A stretch of 64,000 nucleotides of DNA from a virus (taxonomy: Duplodnaviria; Caudoviricetes): the IMG/VR virus record IMGVR_UViG_3300025400_000015, positions 967-64,966 of that record, one strand, 5' to 3'. The notes beneath the pieces are model-generated. The model did no database searches. It worked only from the letters and a program-made list of their open reading frames with translations, and had not been told where the DNA came from. A program made the position numbers and the translations under genes. Of this stretch, positions 34,613 through 45,230 are shown in pieces (within the stretch, counting starts at the first letter, position 1; each line of letters opens with the position of its first letter).

Positions 34613-35116
34613 CTAGCACACGTTAGTGCAAAATTGGGCAATTTCCGCAGGTGTGCAGGTATAAACGTCGTTCAATCGCATGAGCGGCTCAAACCCTGCG
34701 AACCACAAAGCAGCGGCTGCGAGCCCCGAGCAAATCCATGTGTTACCATGCCGAAGGCAGATAGCATCTGGCAACCACATGTCAAATGCGCATGAAAAGA
34801 TAGACAGCCACGAGTACTTGTCACCTACTTGGGCGCGGGCGAACTTGAGCAACTTCTGTCGGTCGGCCTGAATGGGAAGCGGAATGACCTCGTATCGGCC
34901 ACCTGGGGCCACCGAGGACAATGTCTTGTCGTTCGTTACGCCTTTGGCTTCGGCTTGAATGACATACCATTGGCCATCCACTTGTCGGTCAAGAATCGCA
35001 ATGTGGTTCCATTCTGAGAACCGACTGTTTTGGAGGCGACGTTCAGCGACCCGAATGGCACGTCCGAGTATTCCTGTCGAGTGACAAAGTACCAAATCAC
35101 CGGGCTTCATCTCCAT
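34613..35116 (-). CDS. Permuted papain-like NlpC/P60 (YiiX/YebB-like) amidase
   Basis: PGDLVL, WNHIAI before ICSGLA (His before Cys). Confidence 0.8.
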   Translation of the reverse strand: MEMKPGDLVLCHSTGILGRAIRVAERRLQNSRFSEWNHIAILDRQVDGQWYVIQAEAKGVTNDKTLSSVAPGGRYEVIPLPIQADRQKLLKFARAQVGDKYSWLSIFSCAFDMWLPDAICLRHGNTWICSGLAAAALWFAGFEPLMRLNDVYTCTPAEIAQFCTNVC

Positions 35117-35465
35117 CTCCTTCGTGGTAGGCCTCTAGGTCTTCTTCCACTTTAGCAATCAAATCCTTGAGTTCGGCAAACTGGTGAGTCTCCATTGCCA
35201 GAATCTTACGGATTACTTTAGCGTCGGCCTTGGTCTGCTGGTACATGGCAATGCCCACGACCAGTTCAATCAGAACCGCCATGTACGAAGCCGTGTAGTT
35301 CCACCACTCCAGTACACCCGCCGTGTTGATGCCCCAGCAAACCACCGTAGCAAGCGTCACGGCGCCCACAAACTCCCAGCGACGAATCGCGTTCTGTGCT
35401 GTCCAAGAGAGGTGTTCTCCTAACGTGATGTTCTCACCCGTAATAGGGTGCTTCCAACGCTTCAT
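35097..35465 (-). CDS. Membrane protein (DUF1003-like), possible holin
   Basis: Two hydrophobic segments; in lysis cassette. Confidence 0.55.
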   Translation of the reverse strand: MKRWKHPITGENITLGEHLSWTAQNAIRRWEFVGAVTLATVVCWGINTAGVLEWWNYTASYMAVLIELVVGIAMYQQTKADAKVIRKILAMETHQFAELKDLIAKVEEDLEAYHEGDGDEAR

Positions 35466-35728
35466 TACAATCCTTCGTGTGCGCCTAGGTGCCGGGCAAG
35501 TTCCAGTTTTACTTCGTCAAGGTTGCGCTCAATGCGGTCAATGGCATCACGCATAGATGAGCCGTGATTGGGTCGCAGCTCTGCCTGTAGTTCGTGCAGG
35601 CGTTCTGTGACCGAGCGGGCAAGAGCGTTGTGGACTACACGCCATACACCGACGACTGAGCCTGCCACCACAACAACTGCTTCGGTGATGTACCAAAAGT
35701 TTGCCGAGGTGAACAACGACGCCATCAT
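35465..35728 (-). CDS. Membrane protein of lysis cassette
   Basis: One TM plus ELRPNHGSSMRDAIDR, a motif common next to actinophage lysins. Confidence 0.6.
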   Translation of the reverse strand: MMASLFTSANFWYITEAVVVVAGSVVGVWRVVHNALARSVTERLHELQAELRPNHGSSMRDAIDRIERNLDEVKLELARHLGAHEGL

Positions 35729-36201
35729 GACTGCGGAAGGCGTGGCGTGCCTTGGGTGTTGAAGCGAAGGTAACGCTGGGGCTGGCGTCCGTCCTGCGAG
35801 ACACGAACGAACGAGGGGTCGCCCTGCTGTCCCATGCTGACGGTCAGTGGGTCTGGGCCTGCCTCCACGACAAGGGCCGTGTGCCAGCCCACGCCGGGGC
35901 CGTAGACGATGGCGTCGCCAGGCTGAACCTGAGCGAGCGAAATCTCGGTGCCGGTCGACAACTCGGTGCCGGTGTAGCCTTCGTGCGTAGCAAAGCCTGC
36001 CTTGTTGGTGGGGTCAGTGGCGCAACCAGCGACCCAGTAGCACCACGTCACGAACATGGAGCAGTCCATGAACATAGGGAACTTCGGCGGGAATACGCCA
36101 ATGGCTTCGGCGCGGTTGCCTGCTTCTGAATAGTTGAAGTGCTGCTTATTTGCCACGGCCCACTTAGCCCAGGCAACGATTGCATTACGGGTATCTGTCA
36201 T
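35725..36201 (-). CDS. NlpC/P60 peptidoglycan endopeptidase (endolysin)
   Basis: DCSMFVTWCY, QPGDAIVYG, HTALV. Confidence 0.85.
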   Translation of the reverse strand: MTDTRNAIVAWAKWAVANKQHFNYSEAGNRAEAIGVFPPKFPMFMDCSMFVTWCYWVAGCATDPTNKAGFATHEGYTGTELSTGTEISLAQVQPGDAIVYGPGVGWHTALVVEAGPDPLTVSMGQQGDPSFVRVSQDGRQPQRYLRFNTQGTPRLPQS

Positions 36202-36209
36202 GTTTTTCC

Positions 36210-39020
36210 TTAGGTTGATGGTTTGGTGTATGAGTAAGGTCCAAGGGTTTTGAGGGTGACCACGCAGTCGCCTTCGTACCCGTTTTCGTAGTTGTCTCGA
36301 CGCTTGTGGGGAATCCAGTCAAGGGATTCAATGATTGCAACACTCGTGCTAAGAGGACCTTCTGTATACGTCACAAGGTTCTGGGCCTGTCGCAAGGATT
36401 CGAGCCAATAGAAATTATCGTACGGATCAATGTATACCTCCACGCCGTCGACAACGTCGACCGAGAAGAGCTGTAATACGACGCTAATGTTTGTACCCGA
36501 AACCACGTTTGGAAAAGACTTTAGGGTCCACCGGTAGAGTATTGGAGTACTGTCGTTCGAACTGGTTTTTTGTCCAGAGCTTAGTACAACTACTACCTGG
36601 AATTGTGACGATTTTGGATTTGAAGGCAAAGCATATTCTTTTGCCGCCTGACCAAGAGACGTGGGGGAGTAAAAAATCGGAACCGTAAGTTCCTGGCCCG
36701 ACAGCGTTTCGAGCGGCTCGCAAATAACTGTTGCTGAAATTGCAGAGTTGTTCTGCGCCTGGCCACCGTACTCAAAGTACACGGGAGCTTTTTGGTCGGG
36801 AATGCCGTAATCAAAAACCGACGTTGTAAGGGTGCCGCTCACAACGTACTTTGTGGCAACAATACGACCGCTTGTGTTGGTTGCGTATGGTTGGTACATA
36901 CCCAAGCCGCCAACTGTAATTACGGGCAGATTGGTTACAGGGTTCCACGTCAATGCATTTACCAAGCCCTTGCCGGTGTTGCTGGAAGGGTCGTACGTGT
37001 ATCCGCTGCTCGCGTTGTACCCAACCATAAGGTCGGAGGCATACACCGGGGCCAGTGGATCACCATTGATAAACGTTGTCAAGTCCAGTTTGCCAAGCCC
37101 GGTGCTGAAAAGGTTGGTCGTGCCAACGGACGCGTCGTAGTTGTTCCACGCAAACCAGACAAAACGACCGTCTCCAAGAATGGCCGTGACCGGATACGTC
37201 AACGGCGTCAAGATGTTGGGGATAAGCGGTCCTGACTTAAGGTCACCTGTGGCCGTAGCGGTAGGGTCGTACACGCTTAACGTCTGGGCCATGCGGATGC
37301 CTCGGTTGGTGCCGACAAAGATGTAGTTAAGGTACGAGGCAACGCAAGTCGGGTATTCGTCTGGCGACATCGGCAAGGCCTGAATCGGTGGGTTCAGCTG
37401 CCAGGGCTGGGCCACCGTAGACGTTGATACCGTGGCAGTGTTTGTTGCCGACGTTGTGCTAGATCCCAAAAGGTCGGAGCGGTACACGCACCCTCGGCCC
37501 GGGTAGCCATTTTGGTTGCTGTACCCACCGATGTATACCTGCGTTTCTCCACCCGTGGCGCTTGACCAAACCCATGACGGATCTTCGTGGGTGAAGAGAA
37601 GGTCGGACGTAACATTGGTAAAGGCCGTGCCACCAATCGCGTAAGCAGATGCGGAGACACTGCTGATGCCTATGACAAAATTGTATGCGTCTATTACTGA
37701 AAGGACTGCGTACGTACCATCAAGGCTGTTGCCTGCTGTCGACGAAACAACTGCCCCGGTAATGGTGCCTGCAACAAATTCAGAAATAACGTTTGCGTTT
37801 GTTGTGTAGTACGTAAAAGACGTGCTGCTGTTAATTCCGGATACGGCGCCATTGTCAACAATGCGAGCGCTGCCGCGGGACCCGTTGTATTGAATTTGAA
37901 TTTTGGCACCAACCGCCAAACCATTTGGCACCCCAGTTGTTGTAACCGTAATGGTTGCGCCTGCGGCGGTTGAACTGGGTCCGCTTACAGATGAACCCCA
38001 TTGCGTTGTGGTTCCGGAGATAGAAACACTTTGGCCATACAGAAATTTGTGTGGGATTCGAGTTTGAACTTGCAAACCTGTTAGCCCGCTAATTGATCCG
38101 TACCCAAAAATTGATGCAATCTGGGACGAAGCAATTGAATCACTTGGAGCGGCGCCATAAATAGGCCCTGCGTTTGGTTGACCCGATACAAAAAACGATC
38201 GAGGCTGGAACGCATAAAGGCGCGGGCCAGCACCAGCAATAAGCTGGTCGTTTGCCCATGACAACATGTTGTATGGCGTCGTCGAGTAATTCGAGTCGTT
38301 GCCTGCAAAGAAGTGGAACTTGCCATCGTTGAGGGTGCCAGCGGTGCCGGTCGAGCCAGGGGAGGCCACCCAAATGCCGTTGTCGGTAGAGATGTAAACG
38401 TATCCACCGCCACTGGTCATGTCGTAAAAACGAGTTGGTGCGGAGTAGCCAGCGCCGCTGGGAACGTAATACGTCATCGTGTTAGAGGTCCAGGTCGACC
38501 CCGAAAGGCCTGAGTAATAAACCACCGAAATGGAAGAGGTGCCACTGCCCATGACGATGTACCCGTTGCAAGCAACAGACACGGTATTGGTATTAGTGTT
38601 CGCCACCATTTGCTGAACGTCTGGCAGCAGCGTGGCCTGGTATGGATAGTTAAATACGTCGATGCCCTTGCTGGCGTAAAAGCGCGACGAGCTGTCTTCT
38701 TGGCGGTGGTCGAGGTACATCTGTCCCGCGCCTTCGTTCCACTCACGCTGCTCTCGACGCCACAAGCCTTCGGTGTTGACCGTGCCTTCACCCATAATGT
38801 TGGTCATCTGGATTGCTTCACGCTGCCCAGGGATTGAGCGGTGACGGAAAGCTTCGCGACGGTACGGCTCAAACGAGGTGTCTACTGGAAACGTGCGTGT
38901 CTGCGGTGCATACGTTCCGGTGCTGTCTGGGTACGGCACACCTTGATTGTCCGTGATGGACACCGAGAAGCCGCCAAGTGGAGCAGGCAAACCGTTTTGG
39001 CTGATGTAGTCGATTGTCAT
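36210..39020 (-). CDS. Tail nozzle / tubular protein B-like
   Basis: 936 aa, beta-rich, EGLWRREQREWNEGAGQ motif, follows adaptor gene. Confidence 0.65.
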   Translation of the reverse strand: MTIDYISQNGLPAPLGGFSVSITDNQGVPYPDSTGTYAPQTRTFPVDTSFEPYRREAFRHRSIPGQREAIQMTNIMGEGTVNTEGLWRREQREWNEGAGQMYLDHRQEDSSSRFYASKGIDVFNYPYQATLLPDVQQMVANTNTNTVSVACNGYIVMGSGTSSISVVYYSGLSGSTWTSNTMTYYVPSGAGYSAPTRFYDMTSGGGYVYISTDNGIWVASPGSTGTAGTLNDGKFHFFAGNDSNYSTTPYNMLSWANDQLIAGAGPRLYAFQPRSFFVSGQPNAGPIYGAAPSDSIASSQIASIFGYGSISGLTGLQVQTRIPHKFLYGQSVSISGTTTQWGSSVSGPSSTAAGATITVTTTGVPNGLAVGAKIQIQYNGSRGSARIVDNGAVSGINSSTSFTYYTTNANVISEFVAGTITGAVVSSTAGNSLDGTYAVLSVIDAYNFVIGISSVSASAYAIGGTAFTNVTSDLLFTHEDPSWVWSSATGGETQVYIGGYSNQNGYPGRGCVYRSDLLGSSTTSATNTATVSTSTVAQPWQLNPPIQALPMSPDEYPTCVASYLNYIFVGTNRGIRMAQTLSVYDPTATATGDLKSGPLIPNILTPLTYPVTAILGDGRFVWFAWNNYDASVGTTNLFSTGLGKLDLTTFINGDPLAPVYASDLMVGYNASSGYTYDPSSNTGKGLVNALTWNPVTNLPVITVGGLGMYQPYATNTSGRIVATKYVVSGTLTTSVFDYGIPDQKAPVYFEYGGQAQNNSAISATVICEPLETLSGQELTVPIFYSPTSLGQAAKEYALPSNPKSSQFQVVVVLSSGQKTSSNDSTPILYRWTLKSFPNVVSGTNISVVLQLFSVDVVDGVEVYIDPYDNFYWLESLRQAQNLVTYTEGPLSTSVAIIESLDWIPHKRRDNYENGYEGDCVVTLKTLGPYSYTKPST

Positions 39021-40276
39021 TAGAGTGGGCTGACCCTCGTGTACTGACGCTGAAGACGGTCGGCTTCTTCGCTAATGCGCTGAGCGCGGCGCATGATGAG
39101 CGCATTAACGGAACCAGCAACCGCACCGGGCGCAACCTCTTGGGCCTTGCGTGGATCGGACTGCGACTCCATAAAGTTACGACTGATTTCACGCGGAATC
39201 GTCAAGTCGATCTCGGCGCCAAGAGCAGGCAAGTCAAGCATTGTTGCGGTCATGTTAGGCACGGTTGTTGGAATGGCCGCCTGGATGGATACAGCGGTAC
39301 CGGTGTGCGTAGCCTGGTTGCTCATGGTAAACGAAGTGCTGGACGTAATCGCCGTGATCGTGGTGTTCTGGGGAACGTACGTAAAATTGCCGCTGGTGTC
39401 CTGGATGGGCATGCCCGGGTACAGCGAAGCAAGCGTGGTCGACGACACGTTGGTGACTGACGTGCTGCCGCTGGTGAGGTTTCCCGTAAACGAATACTGC
39501 ACCTGGCTGCTGTAGCCGTTGTAAGGTGGTGCCTCGTCGTTGGTGCCATTGGTGTTGATAAGGGAGTCGGTAGGCGAAACCAGCTTGATGAACGGGGCCG
39601 AGTAGGTCACGTAGATAGGCAGTCCCGGCCAAGCCGCTTCGTAAATTACAAGGCCGTTGCCTGAAGGGAATACTGGGTCGGTCGAGCCCGGGTTCCAACG
39701 AATGACCTTCCATCGACGGATTGGTGGGAACGTGCGGTAGGGCGGCGCAATGCGGTAGCGAATCTCAAGAATGTCGATAAAGTTGGCGGGCAGGGCGCCA
39801 AGGTCGTAGCCCTGGAAGACAGGGTTGTATGTAAGTTCGGCCACGCCCACGCGGAACAAACCATTACTGGGGCTGGAGAGGGAGCGAAGGTCATCGTTGA
39901 TGGCCACGCCAATGTCAAAGCGCGAATAGCGAGGGTTAATGTAGGCCAAGGTGTTGGCGGAGTGGTTGGCGGCCAGCGATCCGTTGTACCCGCGTGACAC
40001 CGTAGCCGTTCCGGTTGTTGACGTAGAAGAAGTCCAGCTCAAAACATACATGAGCTCAAGGTCAACAGAAAGCAATACGCCCGCCATAATGCTAGCGACT
40101 TGTGCGCCAGAAACATTTACGGTTGTGTCGGTTGAGCCAACCGCACTGGACAAGGACACGGCGCGCTCGCGAATGCCGCCCATCGTGCGGCGGTATACCT
40201 TTTCGATAACGTCACCAAACGTTGAACCCGATGTCGTCGTACTGGCGGAACCGCCTACTGTAATGATGGATGGCAT
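39020..40276 (-). CDS. Head-tail adaptor / tubular protein A-like with inserted beta domains
   Basis: I..AINDDL motif, helical C-terminus, position before nozzle. Confidence 0.6.
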   Translation of the reverse strand: MPSIITVGGSASTTTSGSTFGDVIEKVYRRTMGGIRERAVSLSSAVGSTDTTVNVSGAQVASIMAGVLLSVDLELMYVLSWTSSTSTTGTATVSRGYNGSLAANHSANTLAYINPRYSRFDIGVAINDDLRSLSSPSNGLFRVGVAELTYNPVFQGYDLGALPANFIDILEIRYRIAPPYRTFPPIRRWKVIRWNPGSTDPVFPSGNGLVIYEAAWPGLPIYVTYSAPFIKLVSPTDSLINTNGTNDEAPPYNGYSSQVQYSFTGNLTSGSTSVTNVSSTTLASLYPGMPIQDTSGNFTYVPQNTTITAITSSTSFTMSNQATHTGTAVSIQAAIPTTVPNMTATMLDLPALGAEIDLTIPREISRNFMESQSDPRKAQEVAPGAVAGSVNALIMRRAQRISEEADRLQRQYTRVSPL

Positions 40277-40292
40277 GAGTTTCCTTTACCTG

Positions 40293-40973
40293 TTAGTTCA
40301 TCGCTAGAAGCATGTTGCCGCCAGCGGTGGCAGCAGCGGGGATGATAAAACCGTAGACCGTACCGACTCCGTAGCCACTGGCTGATGCAGGGCTGACGTA
40401 TGTTGCGCTGCTTCCTGATGATGAGGCAATCTGATAGTCAATAAAAGGAGCGCGAGAGTTCACAATGGATGACCCAATAAACGTGTCTGAAACGCCCGCC
40501 CAGGTTCCGGTCGGCGTTGTCGACGCCCAGGTAAAGGCTTCACCAACCGCCAACAGCAATTCGCCGGATGACCATGAAAGACCCCCTGTCGTAACCGTTG
40601 AACCAAGTGTTCCGTTCGTCAATGGACCGAAGGCTGCGGTTGGAACAAATGACTTTGAGCAGCCGGAGAAAATGGCGATTGAGTAACTACCCGCACTGGT
40701 CGAAGGGTTGCTGCTCAGCGTCACCGCATTTGACATATACCCCGCCGTAGCATTGACGCCAATGGCAAACCAGTTACCCTGAGCGGCGCCGCCGGAGTTG
40801 GTGCCAAAGTGATACCACGTTGCGCCAGCACCGCTTGCGGTTACAGTGGTCCAGTTTGCGTTACCCGAACCAAGTGCAATGACGATGAGGTCGCCAGCCA
40901 CAGAAGTGCGTGGCAAAGAAATAGACGTGGTAATCGTATTGTTATTGCTACCATTGACTCCAGTAATAGCCAT
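40293..40973 (-). CDS. Tail fibre-associated beta-rich protein
   Basis: Start MAITGV by TAATG overlap; S/T/G-rich; GDLIVIA motif. Confidence 0.65.
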   Translation of the reverse strand: MAITGVNGSNNNTITTSISLPRTSVAGDLIVIALGSGNANWTTVTASGAGATWYHFGTNSGGAAQGNWFAIGVNATAGYMSNAVTLSSNPSTSAGSYSIAIFSGCSKSFVPTAAFGPLTNGTLGSTVTTGGLSWSSGELLLAVGEAFTWASTTPTGTWAGVSDTFIGSSIVNSRAPFIDYQIASSSGSSATYVSPASASGYGVGTVYGFIIPAAATAGGNMLLAMN

Positions 40974-43900
40974 TACGCCACCGCCACACAACGCCACTTA
41001 GATGTGGCACCGTTGTAGATAAAGCCAATGGTAAGCGGAAGCGTTGTTGAACCGTTGGACGAAGTCGGCACGGAAACAGTCGAGTTTTCTGTGTTGCTGA
41101 AAGACAACGTCACGGAAGAGGCGGAGTAGTCGTAGAAGCGAACGATTGATTGCATGCCATCAACAGCACTTGTGGTCGACATGGTAATCGTGACCGACAG
41201 AGCGGCGTTGTTCGTTACCTTGGTTGAGGTGTACGATGATGGCGTGACCGTAGCCGTTTGCGAAGCAACAGTTACCGAGCCAACGCTGGGGGCCAGCACG
41301 TTTGCCGTGACGCTGGTAGCCGTGGCCACACCGAGAGTTGGCGTTGTCAGGCTGGGCGATGTTGAAAGAACTACCGAGCCGGAGCCAGTGGATGTTGTCG
41401 CGCCGGTACCGCCGTTAGCCACTGGCAGGGTTCCGGTGACGCCAGTACTTAGTGGCAGGCCGGTGCCGTGCGTAAGGGTGACGCTCGAAGGGGTGCCCAG
41501 GCTAGGGGTCGAGGACAGGGCGAGGGTGATCTGACCGTTCGAGTAGGTGACGACGATGTTGCCACTGCTGTCGGCGTTGAGCGAGGGGACTGCCGACGCC
41601 CATTTACCCGATGCGCCGGTGGTCTCGACGATGCCGAGCCAGTAGGCACCAGGGGCAATCCATACGGGGTTATTTGCGCCTGCGCCGTCGATGCTCTGGC
41701 CGGTGCTGGGGTAGATTTTGAGCCAGTGAGTGCCGTCGGTGTTGTGCACCCATACCGCTTGACCGGCGGAAGAGATGAAGGGCAGGATTACCGCCGTGCC
41801 TGCGCCGCCGTTGGTGGTAGCGGTTGCGCCCGAGACGATGTTGTAGTTGTACGTCAGCGCCGTCGAGCTGTATTGCGTCGAGCCTGCCGCCGTGATGTTG
41901 CCCGTTGTGCCGACCGTGCCGTTGCCGACTGATTGCCAGGTTCCAGGCGTACCGCTTGCCGTGCAGACCCACATTTTGCCGTACTGGTCAACAACAAAGT
42001 CACCAACAAGAGCTGGGAAAGAACCGGACGGTGCGCCAGAGGTTGTTGAACCAATGAAACGAGATGCAGTCAAACCATAGCCAGCCACGTTGACGCCAAG
42101 CGCACCTGTAACAACGTCAAGTTCTCCAACGCCAGCGGCAAGGTTGTCGGTCCATTTTACATAATTGCCTGAGCCAGACGATTTACCCAATGTAAGCGTG
42201 TTTGACCCGTTGGCGTAATAGCCACCCGTTGAATCAACGTGGCCCGTAAACGCGGCGGAAGTACCGTTTAGTGTTGAGGTCAATGGAACATTTAGCCCAT
42301 TGGATGAAACAATAAACCATTGACTACCAATCAAGGAAAATGAATACAAATATCCAGGAGCCAAAGAATAATAAGAGGGGGAGCCGCCCTGTGTCGCCAC
42401 AGTACCGGTGCCAGGCAGATAGATAGTTTGTCCTGTATTGGGGGCAATTGAAAGGTTATACAAACCTTCGTTTACAACGGTGACACTACTTCCATTGCTG
42501 GGGGAAAGAGGCAATGTAGCGGTGATGCCGTTTGTGGTACCAGTCCAACAAACTACTTGATTGCAATTCAGATTAAAGTTTGTGCTGTCTGACCGCAGGA
42601 TAGTCGGAGGCACATTGGTTTGCGTAATTTTGTAAACGCTAGTTGAAGCAGTCGAACCGCCCGTGATGCCACCGTACAAAGAAGAAGTAACATCGTTGTA
42701 CGAAAACGTTTCAAAGTAGTTTTGTCCACCGTCATTTACAACGCGGATTGTGGAACCAACGGTAGTCACCGACAAGCCCTTGACGTTAATAATCGCCACG
42801 CCGCCATTGGTTCCAAGAACAATGGCAGAACCCAGAATCTGGAAAACGTTTGAACTTGGGAGGGCGTTTGTCCAACCACTAACCGTAAGAGTAGTAGCGG
42901 TGTTTGCCGTGATAACACCCGCCGTAAACCCAGCAGCCTGAGTACCCACCAAAACACTTAGACCTACCCATTGGTTTGTCGTCCATGATGCGGTTGAATA
43001 AATGAGAGTAGTCGAAGTGACAGAGTTTGCCGTTGCAACTGGAGTCTTGTACGTGTCGTATGCAGCGCCACCAATAATTTCCGAAGCGCCACCGTATTTT
43101 GTGAACACAAAACCGTCAGGATCAGAGTCGCAGATGCAGTTAATAAAGGTTGCAGTTGCGTCAACATAATACGACCCAACGCCATTTCCATAACAATGAG
43201 CTTGCGTAATTTGCAGGCCGCCACCGTAGCCGGGATTGCCAGAAATGTTTTGGCCAGAAACATAGATGCCATAATTGGAATTAAGGTACGACAGGATGTT
43301 GTCAAATTCGCTGTCGTGTGGCCCAAGCCATTGAATTCCGTTTTGACAATTGTGGGTTTTTACATTAACCAAACGGGATTCCATCGAGTCCGGCTGATAT
43401 GCCGTGGAATCTGAGGACCACTCGGAGTAAATGCCAGCGTTGCCAAAAGAGCGAACGTCAACGTTTTCAATAATAAAATCGTATCCATAAACGAGGATAC
43501 CGTAGCCAGTTCCCACCATGCCTGTTTGATATGACTGGCTGCCGCCGTCAATGAACAAGTCTTTAATGGCGAAGCGGCTGATACCGGCAGTTGAATTAGT
43601 GCCGGTAAGGGAAGAAAAGTTCTGACCAACAATAACGTTGCCCGTCGATGCCGTCAGCCGGTACAGACCGCTTGAGCCGACGCCATTTCCCTGAAGGGTT
43701 ACGTTAGAGAAAAGAGTGAGAGGGCTTGAAACAAATGAAATGCCAGGAATGTATACAACCCCACCACCGTTTGAGTTGGCGTCGTTAATTGCCGCTTGGA
43801 TGGCTGCGGTGTCATCCGTGCCGTATGCGAAGTCAACATCGCTTTTACCCAACGGGATAGCGTCGGCAACAAGGATGTTTTGAGCATCGGTGTAACCGGC

Positions 43901-44434
43901 AATCGTTGTCACAAAGTTAACGCCACCCGTGCCGACCCCACCAATAATAATTTTCTTGCCTACGTCTGTTGACTTGAAAACTCCTGCGTTGGAATAGAAG
44001 CCATAGTTGTTCGTAGCGGTATTGCCGTCGCCGCCGATGTTTGTCGAGTTGCCTGGGCCGTAATCAGTAATGACATTGCACACAGCGCCGTATGATTTGA
44101 CATTGTAATTTTCTAATACAATGTCACCTAGGCTTAGCAACGAACCATCGTAAGTCCAATACTCCATTGCACCCGTAGCATTGGGCGGGTAAGCAACGCC
44201 GATGTAGTAACCAACGCCCGCTGTAACACTCAATTCCCATTGACCAGGACCGCCGAAGTTTGTACCCGTGGTAACGGGGCCAAATACCGTTACACCCTGA
44301 ACGCCGCCAGAGGGGGCTGACGTGCCCGCAGACGGCTCGGTAGCAAACAACGAGGTGCTGTAAGCGTAGACCTGTGCGCCGTTGAGTGCGCCCGATGGCC
44401 CGAATACTACGCCTGAAAGCAACCCCGTAGTCAT
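40973..44434 (-). CDS. Tail fibre/spike with pectate-lyase-like beta-helix (depolymerase)
   Basis: NVKSYGAV, GTDDTAAIQAAIN...GGGVVYIPG, L.SNVTLQG.G, beta-helix repeats. Confidence 0.85.
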   Translation of the reverse strand: MTTGLLSGVVFGPSGALNGAQVYAYSTSLFATEPSAGTSAPSGGVQGVTVFGPVTTGTNFGGPGQWELSVTAGVGYYIGVAYPPNATGAMEYWTYDGSLLSLGDIVLENYNVKSYGAVCNVITDYGPGNSTNIGGDGNTATNNYGFYSNAGVFKSTDVGKKIIIGGVGTGGVNFVTTIAGYTDAQNILVADAIPLGKSDVDFAYGTDDTAAIQAAINDANSNGGGVVYIPGISFVSSPLTLFSNVTLQGNGVGSSGLYRLTASTGNVIVGQNFSSLTGTNSTAGISRFAIKDLFIDGGSQSYQTGMVGTGYGILVYGYDFIIENVDVRSFGNAGIYSEWSSDSTAYQPDSMESRLVNVKTHNCQNGIQWLGPHDSEFDNILSYLNSNYGIYVSGQNISGNPGYGGGLQITQAHCYGNGVGSYYVDATATFINCICDSDPDGFVFTKYGGASEIIGGAAYDTYKTPVATANSVTSTTLIYSTASWTTNQWVGLSVLVGTQAAGFTAGVITANTATTLTVSGWTNALPSSNVFQILGSAIVLGTNGGVAIINVKGLSVTTVGSTIRVVNDGGQNYFETFSYNDVTSSLYGGITGGSTASTSVYKITQTNVPPTILRSDSTNFNLNCNQVVCWTGTTNGITATLPLSPSNGSSVTVVNEGLYNLSIAPNTGQTIYLPGTGTVATQGGSPSYYSLAPGYLYSFSLIGSQWFIVSSNGLNVPLTSTLNGTSAAFTGHVDSTGGYYANGSNTLTLGKSSGSGNYVKWTDNLAAGVGELDVVTGALGVNVAGYGLTASRFIGSTTSGAPSGSFPALVGDFVVDQYGKMWVCTASGTPGTWQSVGNGTVGTTGNITAAGSTQYSSTALTYNYNIVSGATATTNGGAGTAVILPFISSAGQAVWVHNTDGTHWLKIYPSTGQSIDGAGANNPVWIAPGAYWLGIVETTGASGKWASAVPSLNADSSGNIVVTYSNGQITLALSSTPSLGTPSSVTLTHGTGLPLSTGVTGTLPVANGGTGATTSTGSGSVVLSTSPSLTTPTLGVATATSVTANVLAPSVGSVTVASQTATVTPSSYTSTKVTNNAALSVTITMSTTSAVDGMQSIVRFYDYSASSVTLSFSNTENSTVSVPTSSNGSTTLPLTIGFIYNGATSKWRCVAVA

Positions 44435-44769
44435 TAGATTACTGCCTCACCTTTGTTGATAGCTGCCTGTGTTTCTTCAAGTCGCTTGGTAATCTTCAAG
44501 TCACCAATGCGTTGCCCAGTCTCAATCTCCCACTTGGAGTCGGAAGTCTTTTCTAACAACGCTGCGCCCTTGACGGACTTGGGCTGAAGTCCGTTCTTAC
44601 GCAGTCGTCGGTATGCGGCCACATCGCTGTGCATCTTGCGTGTCTCACGCTCAACGGTGCCAGCCTCGCTGCGGGTAGGCATAGCAGAGCCAGCAAAGGC
44701 GACAGAAGCCACCTTGCACCCGAAGCAGTTAGGAATACAAAGTCCTTGGTTGTGAGGGATAGCGGTCAT
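44434..44769 (-). CDS. Conserved phage protein (homologue of 1695..2033)
   Basis: [18 protein letters not shown]. Confidence 0.8.
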   Translation of the reverse strand: MTAIPHNQGLCIPNCFGCKVASVAFAGSAMPTRSEAGTVERETRKMHSDVAAYRRLRKNGLQPKSVKGAALLEKTSDSKWEIETGQRIGDLKITKRLEETQAAINKGEAVI

Positions 44770-45221
44770 TTGTAAGTTATACATCCTGAGTATCCAGCGT
44801 TTATCAACGCAGTCGCCTCGACGGTTCCGAGCTTTGTGGTAATCGGTTCCGTCGCTGAGATCGGGGTGGGTCCCAAATACACTTTAACAATCCAAGGGTT
44901 CTGAGATACGGCGGTTTTCACCTGCTCATGGGGAATCGTTGAATAGTCAACGTAGTAAGACGTTGAGTACGGCGCCGAAGGATTGTACGGGTTGTATGGG
45001 TACGGAATGCTCGTGTTGGTCACATTGACGATGTTGCCACTGAGGTCAAATCCGTTTGGCGTGTCCTGCACAAACGTACCGTCGCTCAAGGCAAACACCG
45101 CAATGTAACGCTTACGGTTCGGGAAGTACCTAAACAAACGATTACCCAGCCCACCTGCGTAGGGCAGAATGGGTGGGTTATCGTATGCTATTGGCGGCGT
45201 AAAGAGAACCGGAGTAGTCAT
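44766..45221 (-). CDS. Putative virion protein (homologue of 2030..2410)
   Basis: Shared motifs. Confidence 0.8.
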   Translation of the reverse strand: MTTPVLFTPPIAYDNPPILPYAGGLGNRLFRYFPNRKRYIAVFALSDGTFVQDTPNGFDLSGNIVNVTNTSIPYPYNPYNPSAPYSTSYYVDYSTIPHEQVKTAVSQNPWIVKVYLGPTPISATEPITTKLGTVEATALINAGYSGCITYK

Positions 45222-45230
45222 AACCCCGGC

